From Candidatus Latescibacterota bacterium (lineage in GTDB: Bacteria > Latescibacterota > UBA2968 > UBA8231): 64,000 nt of DNA. The stretch spans positions 4,000,001 through 4,064,000 of the forward strand of contig OZ253462.1 in the NCBI GenBank assembly GCA_965261395.1, in the 5' to 3' direction. The translations under genes were made by a program, and so were the position numbers. Positions 28,305 through 38,338 of the stretch are shown here, piece after piece (the first letter of the stretch is position 1; each line of letters begins with the position of its first letter). The notes under the pieces are model-generated. The model saw only the letters and a program-made list of their open reading frames with translations, searched no databases and was not told the DNA's origin.

Positions 28305-29381
28305 ATGGTAAACAGCACGGAGACAACAACAGTTCAGCTCGGCAGCGGAGAAAAGCTGACGATCGAGGTATGCGAGCCACCCTTTCCCGGCGGAGAGCAC
28401 AGCCTCTGCTGGTGGGGGGATATTGCCGCTGACCTGATGGGAGGGAACCTGCGACCTTGGCTGTACACGCCCTATTACCTAGGGAAAATCGACGGAGAGG
28501 TGGTGGGCTACATGGGCTGTCAGACCCCCGCGGATACGCGCGAGGTGGGGCTCGTCGAGTTCGTCTGGACTGCCGAGGCGCATCGGCGCAAGGGGATCGC
28601 TTCGCTCTTGCTTGGCCGACTCGTGGAGGAGTTCGCGCAGGCTGGGGGGTTGGCTCTCTACCTGTGTACGGCCAACCCCCATGCCGGCAGCCTGTACGAG
28701 CGCCACGGATTCCGCTATTTCATCGGAGATGGGATGCGCTACTTGGCACCCGGTGCCAGCGACTTTGACCGCGACTACCTCGATGGCGGCGGTCCGGCCG
28801 AGGTTCGCGACGCCACTTGGGCCGATTTGCCGGGGGCTTCAGTGCTCTACAACCATCCCGAGCCGAGGTGGATCGTCAAGGACTACCTGAGCCAGAGTTT
28901 TCGCGACACCCGCTACGAGAGTCACTTTGTGAAGACCTTGCGGCGCTTAGAAGATCGGCGGGGGTTCTGCCTCGCGCTGGAAAACGCCAAGCGCCGCGTG
29001 GTTGGTCTGGCCACGGTCGAACGGCGGGAGACCTTTGCCGAGCAGCACACGGGCATATTGAGTTTTCGCGTGGCACCGGCCTTCAGCGGCCAAGCCGCGG
29101 ATTTGCTCGGTGCGGTGGTCGAGCGGTGCGCGGCCTTGGATATCACGGTCCTGCATGTCTATCTGGCGGACTGCGATGCCGATCAGAAGCAGCTACTTGC
29201 GGAAGCGGGATTCGGCGAAGAGGCGCGCTTTAAGGGGCGGCTGTGGGTCGATGGGCGGTACGTGGATATGGTCGTGTACGCGCGAACCATAGCGCAGACG
29301 GCGACAGCTCTTTTCGATGAGGGCTACTACTACGGCGGGCGCAAGGACTGGCAGCGAGTGCGCGTCGCCAGTGCCGACTAA
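28305..29381 (+). CDS. Tandem GNAT acetyltransferase
   Basis: HRRKGIAS, LYERHGF; second domain ending AGF. Confidence 0.8.
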   Translation: MVNSTETTTVQLGSGEKLTIEVCEPPFPGGEHSLCWWGDIAADLMGGNLRPWLYTPYYLGKIDGEVVGYMGCQTPADTREVGLVEFVWTAEAHRRKGIASLLLGRLVEEFAQAGGLALYLCTANPHAGSLYERHGFRYFIGDGMRYLAPGASDFDRDYLDGGGPAEVRDATWADLPGASVLYNHPEPRWIVKDYLSQSFRDTRYESHFVKTLRRLEDRRGFCLALENAKRRVVGLATVERRETFAEQHTGILSFRVAPAFSGQAADLLGAVVERCAALDITVLHVYLADCDADQKQLLAEAGFGEEARFKGRLWVDGRYVDMVVYARTIAQTATALFDEGYYYGGRKDWQRVRVASAD

Positions 29382-29422
29382 CCTATTGTCGCCGTGTGCT
29401 TTAACCGCTATATATTATTGGC

Positions 29423-30559
29423 TCAAGCGATTTTATTCTTCTCGATATAATCCCAGTTGATATTCATCCCCAGCCCAGGCCGTTGGGGGACGTGGACAAA
29501 ACCCTGCTCGTCCATCAGTTCGCCGTGCTCGTGCAGCCAAGGGGCGGGCTGGTCGAAGTCGATGAAGGGGTGTAACAGGCCGCGTTCGTAGAATTCGCCG
29601 TTGTGCATGGCGCACAGGGCGTGCAGGTTGCCGGGGCCACCGCCGTGGATTTCGCAGCGCATGCCAAACGACTCGCACAGATGCACGGTTTTCATCAGTG
29701 GGGTGAGGCCGCCCACGTCGCCCACGCCGCAGCGGCTGATATCACAGGCACCGGCTTTGATCCACTCGGCGCGCACGTACATTTTGCCCTCGCAGGTCTC
29801 CGGGCCGCAAATCGGCAAGCTGGTCTGCTCGCACAGCCAGATGTAGGACGACATGCTGTGTTCGTCCATGGGTTCTTCCATCCAGTAATAGTCGAGCTTT
29901 TCTAGTTCCTTGGCTAGGAATAGGGCGGCCTCGCGGTCGTAGTAGTGGTAGGGGTCGAGCATACAGGGCACGTCGGGACCGACCACCTCGCGCACGGCGG
30001 CGCAGGCTTCAATGTCGCGCTTGGGGTCGGGCGCGCCGGCGTAGGGCGGTTGCCAGGTGTGCAATTTGAAGGCGGGGTATCCGCGCTCCATGCACCACTG
30101 GGCGTAATTGGCGTAGTCCTCGGGAGTGGCTAAGCCGCCTTTGAGGTCGTCGCCGCACATGGTGGAGGCGTAGGCCGGCACTTTGTCGCGCAAGCCGCCC
30201 AATAGTTTGTACACGGGTTGATCTAGGGCGCGTCCGGCCAGGTCCCACAAGGCTAGGTCAACGGCCGTGAGCACTTGGTCGGACAGCGTGCCCATGTTGA
30301 GCCGCTGGCGATGGTTGAGGTCGCGCCAGATTTTTTCGCGGTACAAGGGGTCTTCGCCGACTATGGCGGGTTTGACAATGCTGTCTATGGCTTGGGCATT
30401 AGCGCCAAACCAGTACCCGGAGACGCCTGCGTCGGTGTCTATTTGCAGCAGGGTTTGGGTGGTTTCGCGCTCGGGGCCGGGATGGCCGTGGCCGTCGGAG
30501 TCGCGCACGGTATTGGTGATGGTTTTGAAGCGGATGGTCTCTACTTGGGTGATTTTCAT
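29423..30559 (-). CDS. Mandelate racemase family dehydratase
   Basis: DLALWDL, KLH, MLD, EEP, GLG. Confidence 0.9.
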   Translation of the reverse strand: MKITQVETIRFKTITNTVRDSDGHGHPGPERETTQTLLQIDTDAGVSGYWFGANAQAIDSIVKPAIVGEDPLYREKIWRDLNHRQRLNMGTLSDQVLTAVDLALWDLAGRALDQPVYKLLGGLRDKVPAYASTMCGDDLKGGLATPEDYANYAQWCMERGYPAFKLHTWQPPYAGAPDPKRDIEACAAVREVVGPDVPCMLDPYHYYDREAALFLAKELEKLDYYWMEEPMDEHSMSSYIWLCEQTSLPICGPETCEGKMYVRAEWIKAGACDISRCGVGDVGGLTPLMKTVHLCESFGMRCEIHGGGPGNLHALCAMHNGEFYERGLLHPFIDFDQPAPWLHEHGELMDEQGFVHVPQRPGLGMNINWDYIEKNKIA

Positions 30560-30718
30560 GCGTCGTCCTTTCGCGGATGGCGATCTTGGTCGCCGGTGAT
30601 AAGCAATCGTAAATCATTCATAAGATAATCCGCAGATGGACGCAGATGGGCGCAGAATAGTAGAAACAAGACGATCCGCATCTCGAATCGTTCAAGTCAT
30701 TCGGGATTGCTATAGTAG

Positions 30719-31435
30719 TCAAACCCCGCTCTCTGCAATTAGTCGCCCGACAATCTCCACGGACCGCTCCATGCACTCCCGCCCGTATGCGGCGCTGGCG
30801 TCGCGTGGGTCTTGGCCGCCGACCCCTTGCGGCCACACGCTCCGATCGGCAGACAACCGCCCGAGGTCCACCAAATCCTCCCGATAGTGCATCACCAGCG
30901 ACGTTTCGTTACGCGCGGCGTGGTCCATTTGGCTTTTCCATTCTCGCGCTACTTCATCCGTAACTCCCGCCAGCTTGAGGCCGAAGCGCTGTTCCCGTTC
31001 GGCCAGAGCTTCGCGCCAAGCTCTGCGGCTCGGCCCGTGTCCGTCGGCGAATACAAATTTGAAACCCGCGCGCTTGATTTGCTCTAAGATCGCATCGACT
31101 AGCATTCCGAAAAGCCCGTTCGACACCCAGTAGCAACTACCGTCTAGTTGCCGGTGGGGCTCGGTGCTGTCGGCGTAGTCCATGCCCTGGAGCACTTCGC
31201 CCTCGCCGCGGTCCCACGCCCGATCCGGCCCAAGGTGAATTGGCGGCATGACGATCCCGCCAAAGCGCTTGGCGCACTCGATCATCAGCTCTTCGCTCTG
31301 GATCGCGTCGCTGCCCAACGGCAAGTGCTCGCCGTGCCATTCGAGTGTGCCCAGCGGCAGATACGCCACCGGCCTAGCCGCCAGCCGCTGGCGAAATTCC
31401 CACGGCAACAAATCGGAATATCTGACCTTTTCCAT
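30719..31435 (-). CDS. Creatininase family protein
   Basis: GTLEWHGEHLPLGSD, GHG, DHA..ETS. Confidence 0.88.
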   Translation of the reverse strand: MEKVRYSDLLPWEFRQRLAARPVAYLPLGTLEWHGEHLPLGSDAIQSEELMIECAKRFGGIVMPPIHLGPDRAWDRGEGEVLQGMDYADSTEPHRQLDGSCYWVSNGLFGMLVDAILEQIKRAGFKFVFADGHGPSRRAWREALAEREQRFGLKLAGVTDEVAREWKSQMDHAARNETSLVMHYREDLVDLGRLSADRSVWPQGVGGQDPRDASAAYGRECMERSVEIVGRLIAESGV

Positions 31436-31448
31436 GGACCTTTCTCCT

Positions 31449-32702
31449 TCAATGTTGCGAAATTCGATAGCCCGGTCGTTCCGGCTTGAACAAATCGGGA
31501 TTTAGCCTAACGCCCAAGCCGCTGCCTTGGGGCAGATTCACATATCCGCCGTTGATTTCCACCTCCACGTCGATCAGTTCTCGATACACCGTTTGGATCT
31601 GCGCCCGCACGGTTTCCTGATAGCAGCAATTGGCTACTGCGGCTCCCACGTGCAAGCCGGCAAAGAGCGTCAGCGGGCCGGTGCAGTCGTGCATGCTGAC
31701 CGGCACATTATAGGTCTGCGCTAGGTGGGCGATCCGCGCGGTCTCGGAAATCCCGCCGACCCAGGTCGGGTCAATCATCACGTAGTCGGCGGCTTGGTGC
31801 ATCAGCACGGAGTTGTAATCGGCCCGGCTCAACAGCATCTCGCTTACTGAGATCGGCATCCGGCTCTGGCGGCGGAAGTCGGCGACTGTGTCGAGGTTGT
31901 CCATCTTGATCACGTCTTCCAGCCACAGCGGCGCGACTTCGCGCAGGGCCTCGGCAATGCGCAGTGCCGCTGGGAGCTGGAAATGCGCGTGGCCATCGAC
32001 GAAGATGTCGAGGTCCATGCCCACCTTGTCGCGGATCTCGCGCAAAGGCTGCACGCCTTCCTCAATTGCGCGGTGCGGAATGCGCGCTGGGCCGTACTGG
32101 ATGGCCGCTTGGTCAAAGGGCCAGACCTTTAACCCGCTATAGCCTAGCTCAACTAGCTCCTCGGCTAGCGCCACTGGCTCGTGGAACAGCTTCCACGAAT
32201 CGCCCAGCGGCCCCGGCTCGCCGATGGCACCAAAGCCCGGCCAGCCTTTGCGCCCGGTGGTACTCGGCCCGTACTGGGGGTTGCCGCAGCTATTGTACAC
32301 CAGAATTTTGTCGCGCACCGGCCCGCCGAGCAGGCGGTAGATCGGCTGGTTGCAGACCTGACCGAGAATGTCCCACAGCGCCACGTCCAGCGCCGACAAA
32401 GCGCGGAGCTCCGTGCCGCGGACGCCGAAATTCGCGGCTCGCTCGTAGAGGAAGCGCCAGTGCGACTCGATTGCTAGCGCGTCTTCGCCGAGCAGTCGGC
32501 GCGCCATCCAGTCGTGCAGCATGGCCTGCACGGCCTCGGCGCAGTAGTACGTTTCGCCGTGGCCGATGAGTCCGGCGTCGGTGTGGATGCGCACCAGCAG
32601 CAAGTCGGGGAACAGGTCGAGCGGCTGCACGGATTCGATGGCAGTTACGGTGACTTTGCCCTCGTCAATGGGCGACGGGGGCAGGTGGGGTTTCGCTGTC
32701 AT
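31449..32702 (-). CDS. Mandelate racemase family dehydratase
   Basis: DVALWDILG, KVW, VDGH, LED, HDCTGP. Confidence 0.9.
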   Translation of the reverse strand: MTAKPHLPPSPIDEGKVTVTAIESVQPLDLFPDLLLVRIHTDAGLIGHGETYYCAEAVQAMLHDWMARRLLGEDALAIESHWRFLYERAANFGVRGTELRALSALDVALWDILGQVCNQPIYRLLGGPVRDKILVYNSCGNPQYGPSTTGRKGWPGFGAIGEPGPLGDSWKLFHEPVALAEELVELGYSGLKVWPFDQAAIQYGPARIPHRAIEEGVQPLREIRDKVGMDLDIFVDGHAHFQLPAALRIAEALREVAPLWLEDVIKMDNLDTVADFRRQSRMPISVSEMLLSRADYNSVLMHQAADYVMIDPTWVGGISETARIAHLAQTYNVPVSMHDCTGPLTLFAGLHVGAAVANCCYQETVRAQIQTVYRELIDVEVEINGGYVNLPQGSGLGVRLNPDLFKPERPGYRISQH

Positions 32703-33665
32703 TTAATATCCCTTCTCTAAATCGCATACGTTCAATAGCGCTGCGCCTGCCAGATAGCGGCGTAGATTTTCCACGAAGATCGCCTTGCGGCGCTCGATCA
32801 ATTGCACGGACTCGGCCGAGGTGTGCGGCGAGATTAGCATGTTGGGCGCGTCCCACAGCGGGCTGTCGGGCGGCAGCGGCTCGATTTCCGTCGCGTCGAG
32901 CGCGGCTCCGCCGATCCGGCCCGCGTGCAGGCCCTCGGCCAGTGCTTCCTCATCGACGATTCCTCCGCGCGAGACGACCACCACAAACGCTCCTTCTTTG
33001 AGCAAGGCGAGCCGTTGTCGATTGATCATCCCGGTCGTCTCCTTGGTTCGCGGGGCCGTTACCACTAGCCAGTCGATCATCCCGAGCATCTCGTCCAATC
33101 GCTCGACCGGCCACACCGCGCACACCCCCGGCGGCGGTTCCATCGGTAAGATATCCACCGCGTACACTTCGATTTCAAACGCCGCCGCCCGCGTGGCCAC
33201 GGCCCGCCCAATATCTCCCATCGCCAGCACCCCCATCTTGGTTCCGGCCAACTCGATGATGCGCCGCACATAGCGCTTGGTATTCCACTGGTGGTTGCGC
33301 TGGTCTTCGAGCAGTTCGGGGATCCGGTGGGCGTGTGCGAGTATCGCGGCGAAGACGTGGTCGGCCATGGGCACGACATGCGTCTGGCGCGCGTTGGTCA
33401 TCGCCACGGCACCCGTGCGAAATTCCGGTATATCGCGCACGATCGGGTCGAAGCCGATGCCGACAAAGTGAAACCACTTGAGTTCTTTTGCCGCCAAAAA
33501 TACGGGCCGCTTCATCAACCCAAACACAATCTCCGCATCTGCTACCTCCTGTACCTGCTCTGCTTCGCCATACCCATACGCCGGGCAGAAGTCCAACTCG
33601 GGGAACGCCGTCCGCAATTCTTCGACGAAGGATTCCCCCATATCATATGTCAGTACGACCTTCAC
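32703..33665 (-). CDS. D-2-hydroxyacid dehydrogenase
   Basis: MGDIG, SRGGIVD, EPLP, SPH. Confidence 0.88.
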   Translation of the reverse strand: MKVVLTYDMGESFVEELRTAFPELDFCPAYGYGEAEQVQEVADAEIVFGLMKRPVFLAAKELKWFHFVGIGFDPIVRDIPEFRTGAVAMTNARQTHVVPMADHVFAAILAHAHRIPELLEDQRNHQWNTKRYVRRIIELAGTKMGVLAMGDIGRAVATRAAAFEIEVYAVDILPMEPPPGVCAVWPVERLDEMLGMIDWLVVTAPRTKETTGMINRQRLALLKEGAFVVVVSRGGIVDEEALAEGLHAGRIGGAALDATEIEPLPPDSPLWDAPNMLISPHTSAESVQLIERRKAIFVENLRRYLAGAALLNVCDLEKGY

Positions 33666-33820
33666 ACTGCTATCCTTTCTCAGAGTCGGATTTCAATTTC
33701 TCGCAGATTTTTCTATAATGTCGGTTAAGTTAGCGAAAAAAGAGATTGTGGAGAAAAGCGGGCGGTTCAGAGATTTTCACAAGGATGATTCGACCACGCG
33801 GAGATACAGGAGTTTAGAAG

Positions 33821-35971
33821 ATGAAGCAGCAATGGCGGGAACGACTGGGGACGGTGACGCTGGAACCCTGCGCGCCGGTGGTGGCCGGCAGCTATCAGCA
33901 ATGGACTTTGACCCTGACGGTGGGCAGCTACGGCATTGACGAGCGCGGCACCATTAAGATCGCCCAGCGCTTTGCCTGCGATATGCAGCCAGCCCAATTC
34001 AGCGATCCAGCCGCGCCGGCTTATTGCACGGTGCAGACTAACGGGGCGGCCAAGCTGGTGCCGCGCTTTGCTCCCAAAGGGCACGAGCGGCCGTGGATGC
34101 GCTGGTGCGTGGTGATTGATGTGTACGACGGCTCCCTCGCGCCCGGCGATACGGTGACCGTGGTCTTGGGCGAGCGCAGCGGCGGCTCGCCGGGGATTCG
34201 GGTGCAGACCTTTGTTGAGTCAGCCCACGAATTCCGCGTTTTCGTCGATCCGACCAATGCTGCGGTGGCTCGGGCCGTGGCGGATTCGCCCAAGTTTTCC
34301 ATTGTTGCGGGCGAGGCTGTGGAATTGGTGTGCATAGCGCCGAGCCAGGCAGTGGTAGGGGAGGCGGTGGAGGTTTTTGTCAAAGGGCAGGATATGTGGG
34401 GCAATCCGACAGAAGTGACAGGTCCGGTTGAACTGGATTGGGAAGGGGAAGGGGAGATCGTGGTCGAGGGGTGCAGGGTGTCCTTTTGCGCTTCGGGCAG
34501 TGGATGGCTGATTGCGGTGGCGGACGGCTTGCGCTGTTACAGTAATCCAGTCGCCGTTTCTGCGACAGCGATTCAGTGGCACCGCTACTGGGGGGATTTG
34601 CACGCCCAGTCCGACGCTACCGTCGGCGTGGGCACGGAGGAGGAGTACTTCGCCTTTGCCCGCGACTGGGCGAGGGTGGATTTTGCCTCGCATCAGGGCA
34701 ATGATTTCCAGGTTGACGACCAGGACTGGCAGCGGCTCAACGAGACGGTGCGGGCTTTTCACCGGGACGGCGAGTTTGTCGTCTTTCCTGGCTACGAGTG
34801 GTCGGCCAATTCTCCGGCCGGCGGGGACCGCAACGTCTTTTACTTTGCCGAAGGGCTGCCCATTGTGCGCAATAGCCACTGGCAGATCCCGCACGTGCCC
34901 GAGGACGAGGTGTCGCCCGCGCATCCGGCCGATGTGTTCTTCGCCCGGCTCGCTCGCTTGGTGCCACGCGATCAAGTGATTATCGGCTCGCACGTGGGCG
35001 GGCGCTGGGCCGACGTCAAGGCGTATTTCGATCCCGAGGCGCACAATCTGGTGGAGGTCGTCTCGGGCTGGGGCGTGTTCGAGTGGATGCTGTTCGACGC
35101 GCTGGACTGCGGCCACGTGGTCGGGGTCATGTGCAACAGCGACGGCCACAAAGGGCGGCCTGGGGCTGAGGGGCCGGGCGCTGGCGAGTTTGGTATTGCC
35201 GGCGGTTTGACCTGCGTGTTGGCTGGCGAGTTGTCGCGCGCGGGCGTGTGGGAGGCTTTATGTAGTCGGCGCTGTTATGGTACGACCGGCGCGCGCATAC
35301 TTCTAGATGTACAGATAGCGGGTGCGCTCATGGGGGCGGTGGTGAAAGATGTGAACTCGGTGGATATTCGCGCCCGGGTTGTGGGGGCGGTACCGCTGGA
35401 GGCGCTGCAAGTGTATCGCGGTCGGACATTACTCGCTGAGGTCCAGCCGCCTGAATTCCGGGATTTGGGGCATTCCAACAGGTTGCGCCTGACGTGGTCT
35501 GGCTCGCGGATGCGCGGGCGCGGGCGGCGGGTGGATTGGTCTGGGGTTATCCGCACCACCGAGGCGACCATCGTGGAGGCGACCACGGTCAGCTTTGACT
35601 CTGCGGCCGACGGCATCACCGCGACCGAGCCGCAGGCCGTGGCTTTTCAATCGCAGACAACAGGAGATTGCGACGGCATTGAGTTGGTGCTGGACGATGG
35701 GCGGGTTGGCCGCTTGGTGTTCGACTCTGCGGCGGGGACGACGGAGATTGATCTGGCGGGGCTGAGCCACGAGCCGTTGCGCTTCGATTACGGCGGCTTG
35801 GATATGCAGTTGGTGGTGCAGCGCTATCCCGAGCGGGTGGAAGCGCTGGAATTGACGTTGGAGACTGTGGATCAGCCGTCGGGGGAGGGGCAGGTGGCTT
35901 ATTTCGTCAAGGCCATTCAGTGCGACGGGGAGATGGCTTGGTCGAGTCCGGTGTATGTATCCCTGAAATAA
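33821..35971 (+). CDS. DUF3604 (PHP-like) domain protein
   Basis: YWGDLH, GYEWS, NSDGH, YGTTG, AWSSP. Confidence 0.8.
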   Translation: MKQQWRERLGTVTLEPCAPVVAGSYQQWTLTLTVGSYGIDERGTIKIAQRFACDMQPAQFSDPAAPAYCTVQTNGAAKLVPRFAPKGHERPWMRWCVVIDVYDGSLAPGDTVTVVLGERSGGSPGIRVQTFVESAHEFRVFVDPTNAAVARAVADSPKFSIVAGEAVELVCIAPSQAVVGEAVEVFVKGQDMWGNPTEVTGPVELDWEGEGEIVVEGCRVSFCASGSGWLIAVADGLRCYSNPVAVSATAIQWHRYWGDLHAQSDATVGVGTEEEYFAFARDWARVDFASHQGNDFQVDDQDWQRLNETVRAFHRDGEFVVFPGYEWSANSPAGGDRNVFYFAEGLPIVRNSHWQIPHVPEDEVSPAHPADVFFARLARLVPRDQVIIGSHVGGRWADVKAYFDPEAHNLVEVVSGWGVFEWMLFDALDCGHVVGVMCNSDGHKGRPGAEGPGAGEFGIAGGLTCVLAGELSRAGVWEALCSRRCYGTTGARILLDVQIAGALMGAVVKDVNSVDIRARVVGAVPLEALQVYRGRTLLAEVQPPEFRDLGHSNRLRLTWSGSRMRGRGRRVDWSGVIRTTEATIVEATTVSFDSAADGITATEPQAVAFQSQTTGDCDGIELVLDDGRVGRLVFDSAAGTTEIDLAGLSHEPLRFDYGGLDMQLVVQRYPERVEALELTLETVDQPSGEGQVAYFVKAIQCDGEMAWSSPVYVSLK

Positions 35972-36067
35972 TGCCAATAAGAGAATTCGTTGGTCTCGCC
36001 GCAGATCGGTTTGAGTTGGCATCTATCGTTCTCCGTCTTGCTTTCACCGAGCCTTAGCCCAGCGGGG

Positions 36068-36625
36068 TCAACGTGCTCGCTCCCGGGCAATCTGCCTGCC
36101 TGCGCCCGTCACGTTTTGACGGTACCGAACGAGATCTACGCTTGCCAAAAAATGGTTGGCAATCTGTTCCTTGGGCATTCCACGGCGTAATGCCCAAAGC
36201 AGACCCTCTCGCGTTATCTGAAGGCAGCCCCCCATGTAGCGCGCCTCTTCTTCCTGCTCGTTGTCATAGCTTCTGAGAGACCCGTTTATCCCTGAGTTGG
36301 CAGCCGGATGTTTGCAGATGATGTGGGCGATCTCATGCATAATATCGCTTTCCTGTCGCGGCCTTGAATGAGTCGAATTGTGGACAATGAATACTCGATC
36401 CTGTTCAGGGATCACCACAGCTCCAGCCGACCACTTTGAGTCGCGATTCGACAACCATCCGGAATGCAATGGATCTAGACCTGGTATTTCATCAGGAGTC
36501 ATTACGTGAATACCAAGGTGCTCAGCAAGGGATTTGGCTGGAAGCGGCTGACTGTCACAGATAGCGAGCGCTTGACGGTAGTCCCGAGCCTGCTGTTCCG
36601 CTTGTGTCTTGAATCCTCGCTTCAT
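36068..36625 (-). CDS. ImmA/IrrE family metallo-endopeptidase (CapP/ImmA-like)
   Basis: HEIAH zinc motif, downstream EEEA. Confidence 0.88.
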   Translation of the reverse strand: MKRGFKTQAEQQARDYRQALAICDSQPLPAKSLAEHLGIHVMTPDEIPGLDPLHSGWLSNRDSKWSAGAVVIPEQDRVFIVHNSTHSRPRQESDIMHEIAHIICKHPAANSGINGSLRSYDNEQEEEARYMGGCLQITREGLLWALRRGMPKEQIANHFLASVDLVRYRQNVTGAGRQIARERAR

Positions 36626-36633
36626 GGAATGCC

Positions 36634-36996
36634 CTATATCTCACCCCGTTTGCCCGCGTCATAGAGCGCTCGGAACGCCGCCGACAGCGCTTGGACGGTC
36701 TTGGGCGGAAGTTCACGATCTGCGCGCAGATGCGCCTCAACTACGTCGGGCGTGCTGACGGCCCTCGCTGAAGGGGTTACATCGGCGATTCCTTCCGTAA
36801 ACTCATCAGGTGAAAACCCAAGCCATTGACAAAGGCGAAGAAACGAAGCCAGATCCGGGAGCCTACCCGCCTCAACTCGCGACAATGTGGAAGCGCTAAT
36901 GCCCCCGATTTCTTTTGCTGTCTCCCGTAAGCCCTTATTTTCTCTCTTCTTACGGATTTCAACGGCCAACTTTCTCACGTCGATGGTCTCGGTCAT
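36634..36996 (-). CDS. XRE-family HTH regulator (CapH/ImmR-like)
   Basis: LRETAKEIGGISASTLSRVEAG; RBS AGGAGG. Confidence 0.9.
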   Translation of the reverse strand: MTETIDVRKLAVEIRKKRENKGLRETAKEIGGISASTLSRVEAGRLPDLASFLRLCQWLGFSPDEFTEGIADVTPSARAVSTPDVVEAHLRADRELPPKTVQALSAAFRALYDAGKRGEI

Positions 36997-37064
36997 CGCT
37001 AGCCTCCTCCTGTTTCTTTGTCTTCAAGATAATCAAATAGTCTCATCCGCGAAACAAAAACCAC

Positions 37065-37093
37065 TTGTGCAACGATATTGAAGTTGCTATATT
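37065..37093 (+). promoter_or_regulatory. Sigma70-type promoter of the ubiquitin-like operon
   Basis: TTGTGC-N17-TATATT. Confidence 0.55.
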
Positions 37094-37106
37094 CCCTCTT
37101 GCGACG

Positions 37107-37124
37107 CGTTGCATGTGTGCAACG
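37107..37124. promoter_or_regulatory. Palindromic operator CGTTGCA-N4-TGCAACG
   Basis: Perfect 7-bp inverted repeat just downstream of the promoter; half-sites overlap the -35 and -10. Confidence 0.6.
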
Positions 37125-37154
37125 ACACCTACTCCTTCGGAGGAATAAGAGATC

Positions 37155-37343
37155 ATGCCCAAGGTATTCAAGCCAGGACAGGACGCACCGGCATCAGGTC
37201 AATACGAGGAAATCGGACCTCGTGATGGAAAAACAGGCCATGAGGTGACATCCAACAAGGGACAGCCATTGCCACCGACTCGGGGACCGGGGCGGAGCTA
37301 CATCCTTGTAGACCGGAGTCGAAACAAGTCTGGGAGGGGATGA
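37155..37343 (+). CDS. YjzC-like small protein
   Basis: KPGQDAPASGQY...GPR...LPPT; RBS GGAGG. Confidence 0.75.
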   Translation: MPKVFKPGQDAPASGQYEEIGPRDGKTGHEVTSNKGQPLPPTRGPGRSYILVDRSRNKSGRG

Positions 37344-37393
37344 TTCCAGCGCATTCTTAAGGGGAGCCTATTCATATTCATAAGGAGAGACAA

Positions 37394-37927
37394 ATGGATA
37401 CTGCTATCGACAAACAAAATTTCGCGGACGAAATCGTGGATATTGAGATTTTCACGGCTGAGGGCAGGAAAGTTCCCGACTACTGTAAAGGCTACCTGAT
37501 CCGCATAAATGAGCAGAAGTATATCGTGGAGAAACCTACGGTGACTCGTGAGGAGGTAGTACGAATTGCCAAGTTTGATCCATCTGAGGATGCCTGTGTC
37601 CGCGTCTACATACATGGATCGAGGCCCCGAGTGCTCCAGCCGGGCGAAGAGGTTGACCTGACCTTACCGGGCATTGAGCACTTCCAAGTAGACAAGGAGT
37701 GCATCGTCAAGGTGAAGGTGAACACCACGACCTTTGAACTCGCAGTCCCGACGACCGGTAAGAAGGTAAAGCAGGCCGCTATTGAAGCTGGCGCGAAAAT
37801 TGAGCTTGACTTCGTTCTCTACTTGGAGCTCAAGGACGGGCCGCCGGAGCAGATTGATGACGACGAGGTAGTGTTCTTAGATGAGGGTGCCTGTTTCAAC
37901 GCTGTGTCGGGCGACGACAATTCCTAG
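37394..37927 (+). CDS. Multi-ubiquitin (two beta-grasp) domain protein, BubA-like
   Basis: Two repeats of the type YxIxIN.../VxVN... with VDL...EHF; ends SGDDNS; RBS AAGGAG. Confidence 0.78.
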   Translation: MDTAIDKQNFADEIVDIEIFTAEGRKVPDYCKGYLIRINEQKYIVEKPTVTREEVVRIAKFDPSEDACVRVYIHGSRPRVLQPGEEVDLTLPGIEHFQVDKECIVKVKVNTTTFELAVPTTGKKVKQAAIEAGAKIELDFVLYLELKDGPPEQIDDDEVVFLDEGACFNAVSGDDNS

Positions 37928-37930
37928 ACG

Positions 37931-38338
37931 ATGGCACTCAAACCCGCAGTTGAAGAGGCCATCAAGGACCTACAAAAAGCCTTCCCGGAGTCTGTTGTTA
38001 GTCCTACTGAAGATGGTCAAGGCGGAGCCCACATAGTGATCGAACCAGTACCGCTCGATACCCAAGTCTTCGTCCACAGCGAGACTTGGGGCGGATTCGA
38101 CCTGAGCTTCAACCTCCCGTATGCCGATGTCTATCCGATTTACGTCCGGTCGGACCTCGCCCGGCGCGATGGTCGGGAACTCAGGGATACAAGCGAAGGC
38201 TTGCACCCCGACCAGAGTTTCCAAGGCCGCTCCGCCTTGATGCTTTCCCGTCGCTCGAACAACCGCGATCCTGAGCACGACAAGCCCCACTTGAAGGTGC
38301 TCAGGGTTCTCGAATGGCTAAGGAGGTGGCCGGGGTGA
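37931..38338 (+). CDS. Prokaryotic E2-like protein, BubB-like, cysteine-free
   Basis: Located between Ubl and E1; P.AD.YP motif, LSRRS motif, terminal amphipathic helix. Confidence 0.72.
   Translation: MALKPAVEEAIKDLQKAFPESVVSPTEDGQGGAHIVIEPVPLDTQVFVHSETWGGFDLSFNLPYADVYPIYVRSDLARRDGRELRDTSEGLHPDQSFQGRSALMLSRRSNNRDPEHDKPHLKVLRVLEWLRRWPG

Noticed and set aside
30626-30656. CGCAGATGG triple motif as a REP-like element
   Set aside because: Single short occurrence in the window; cannot be supported
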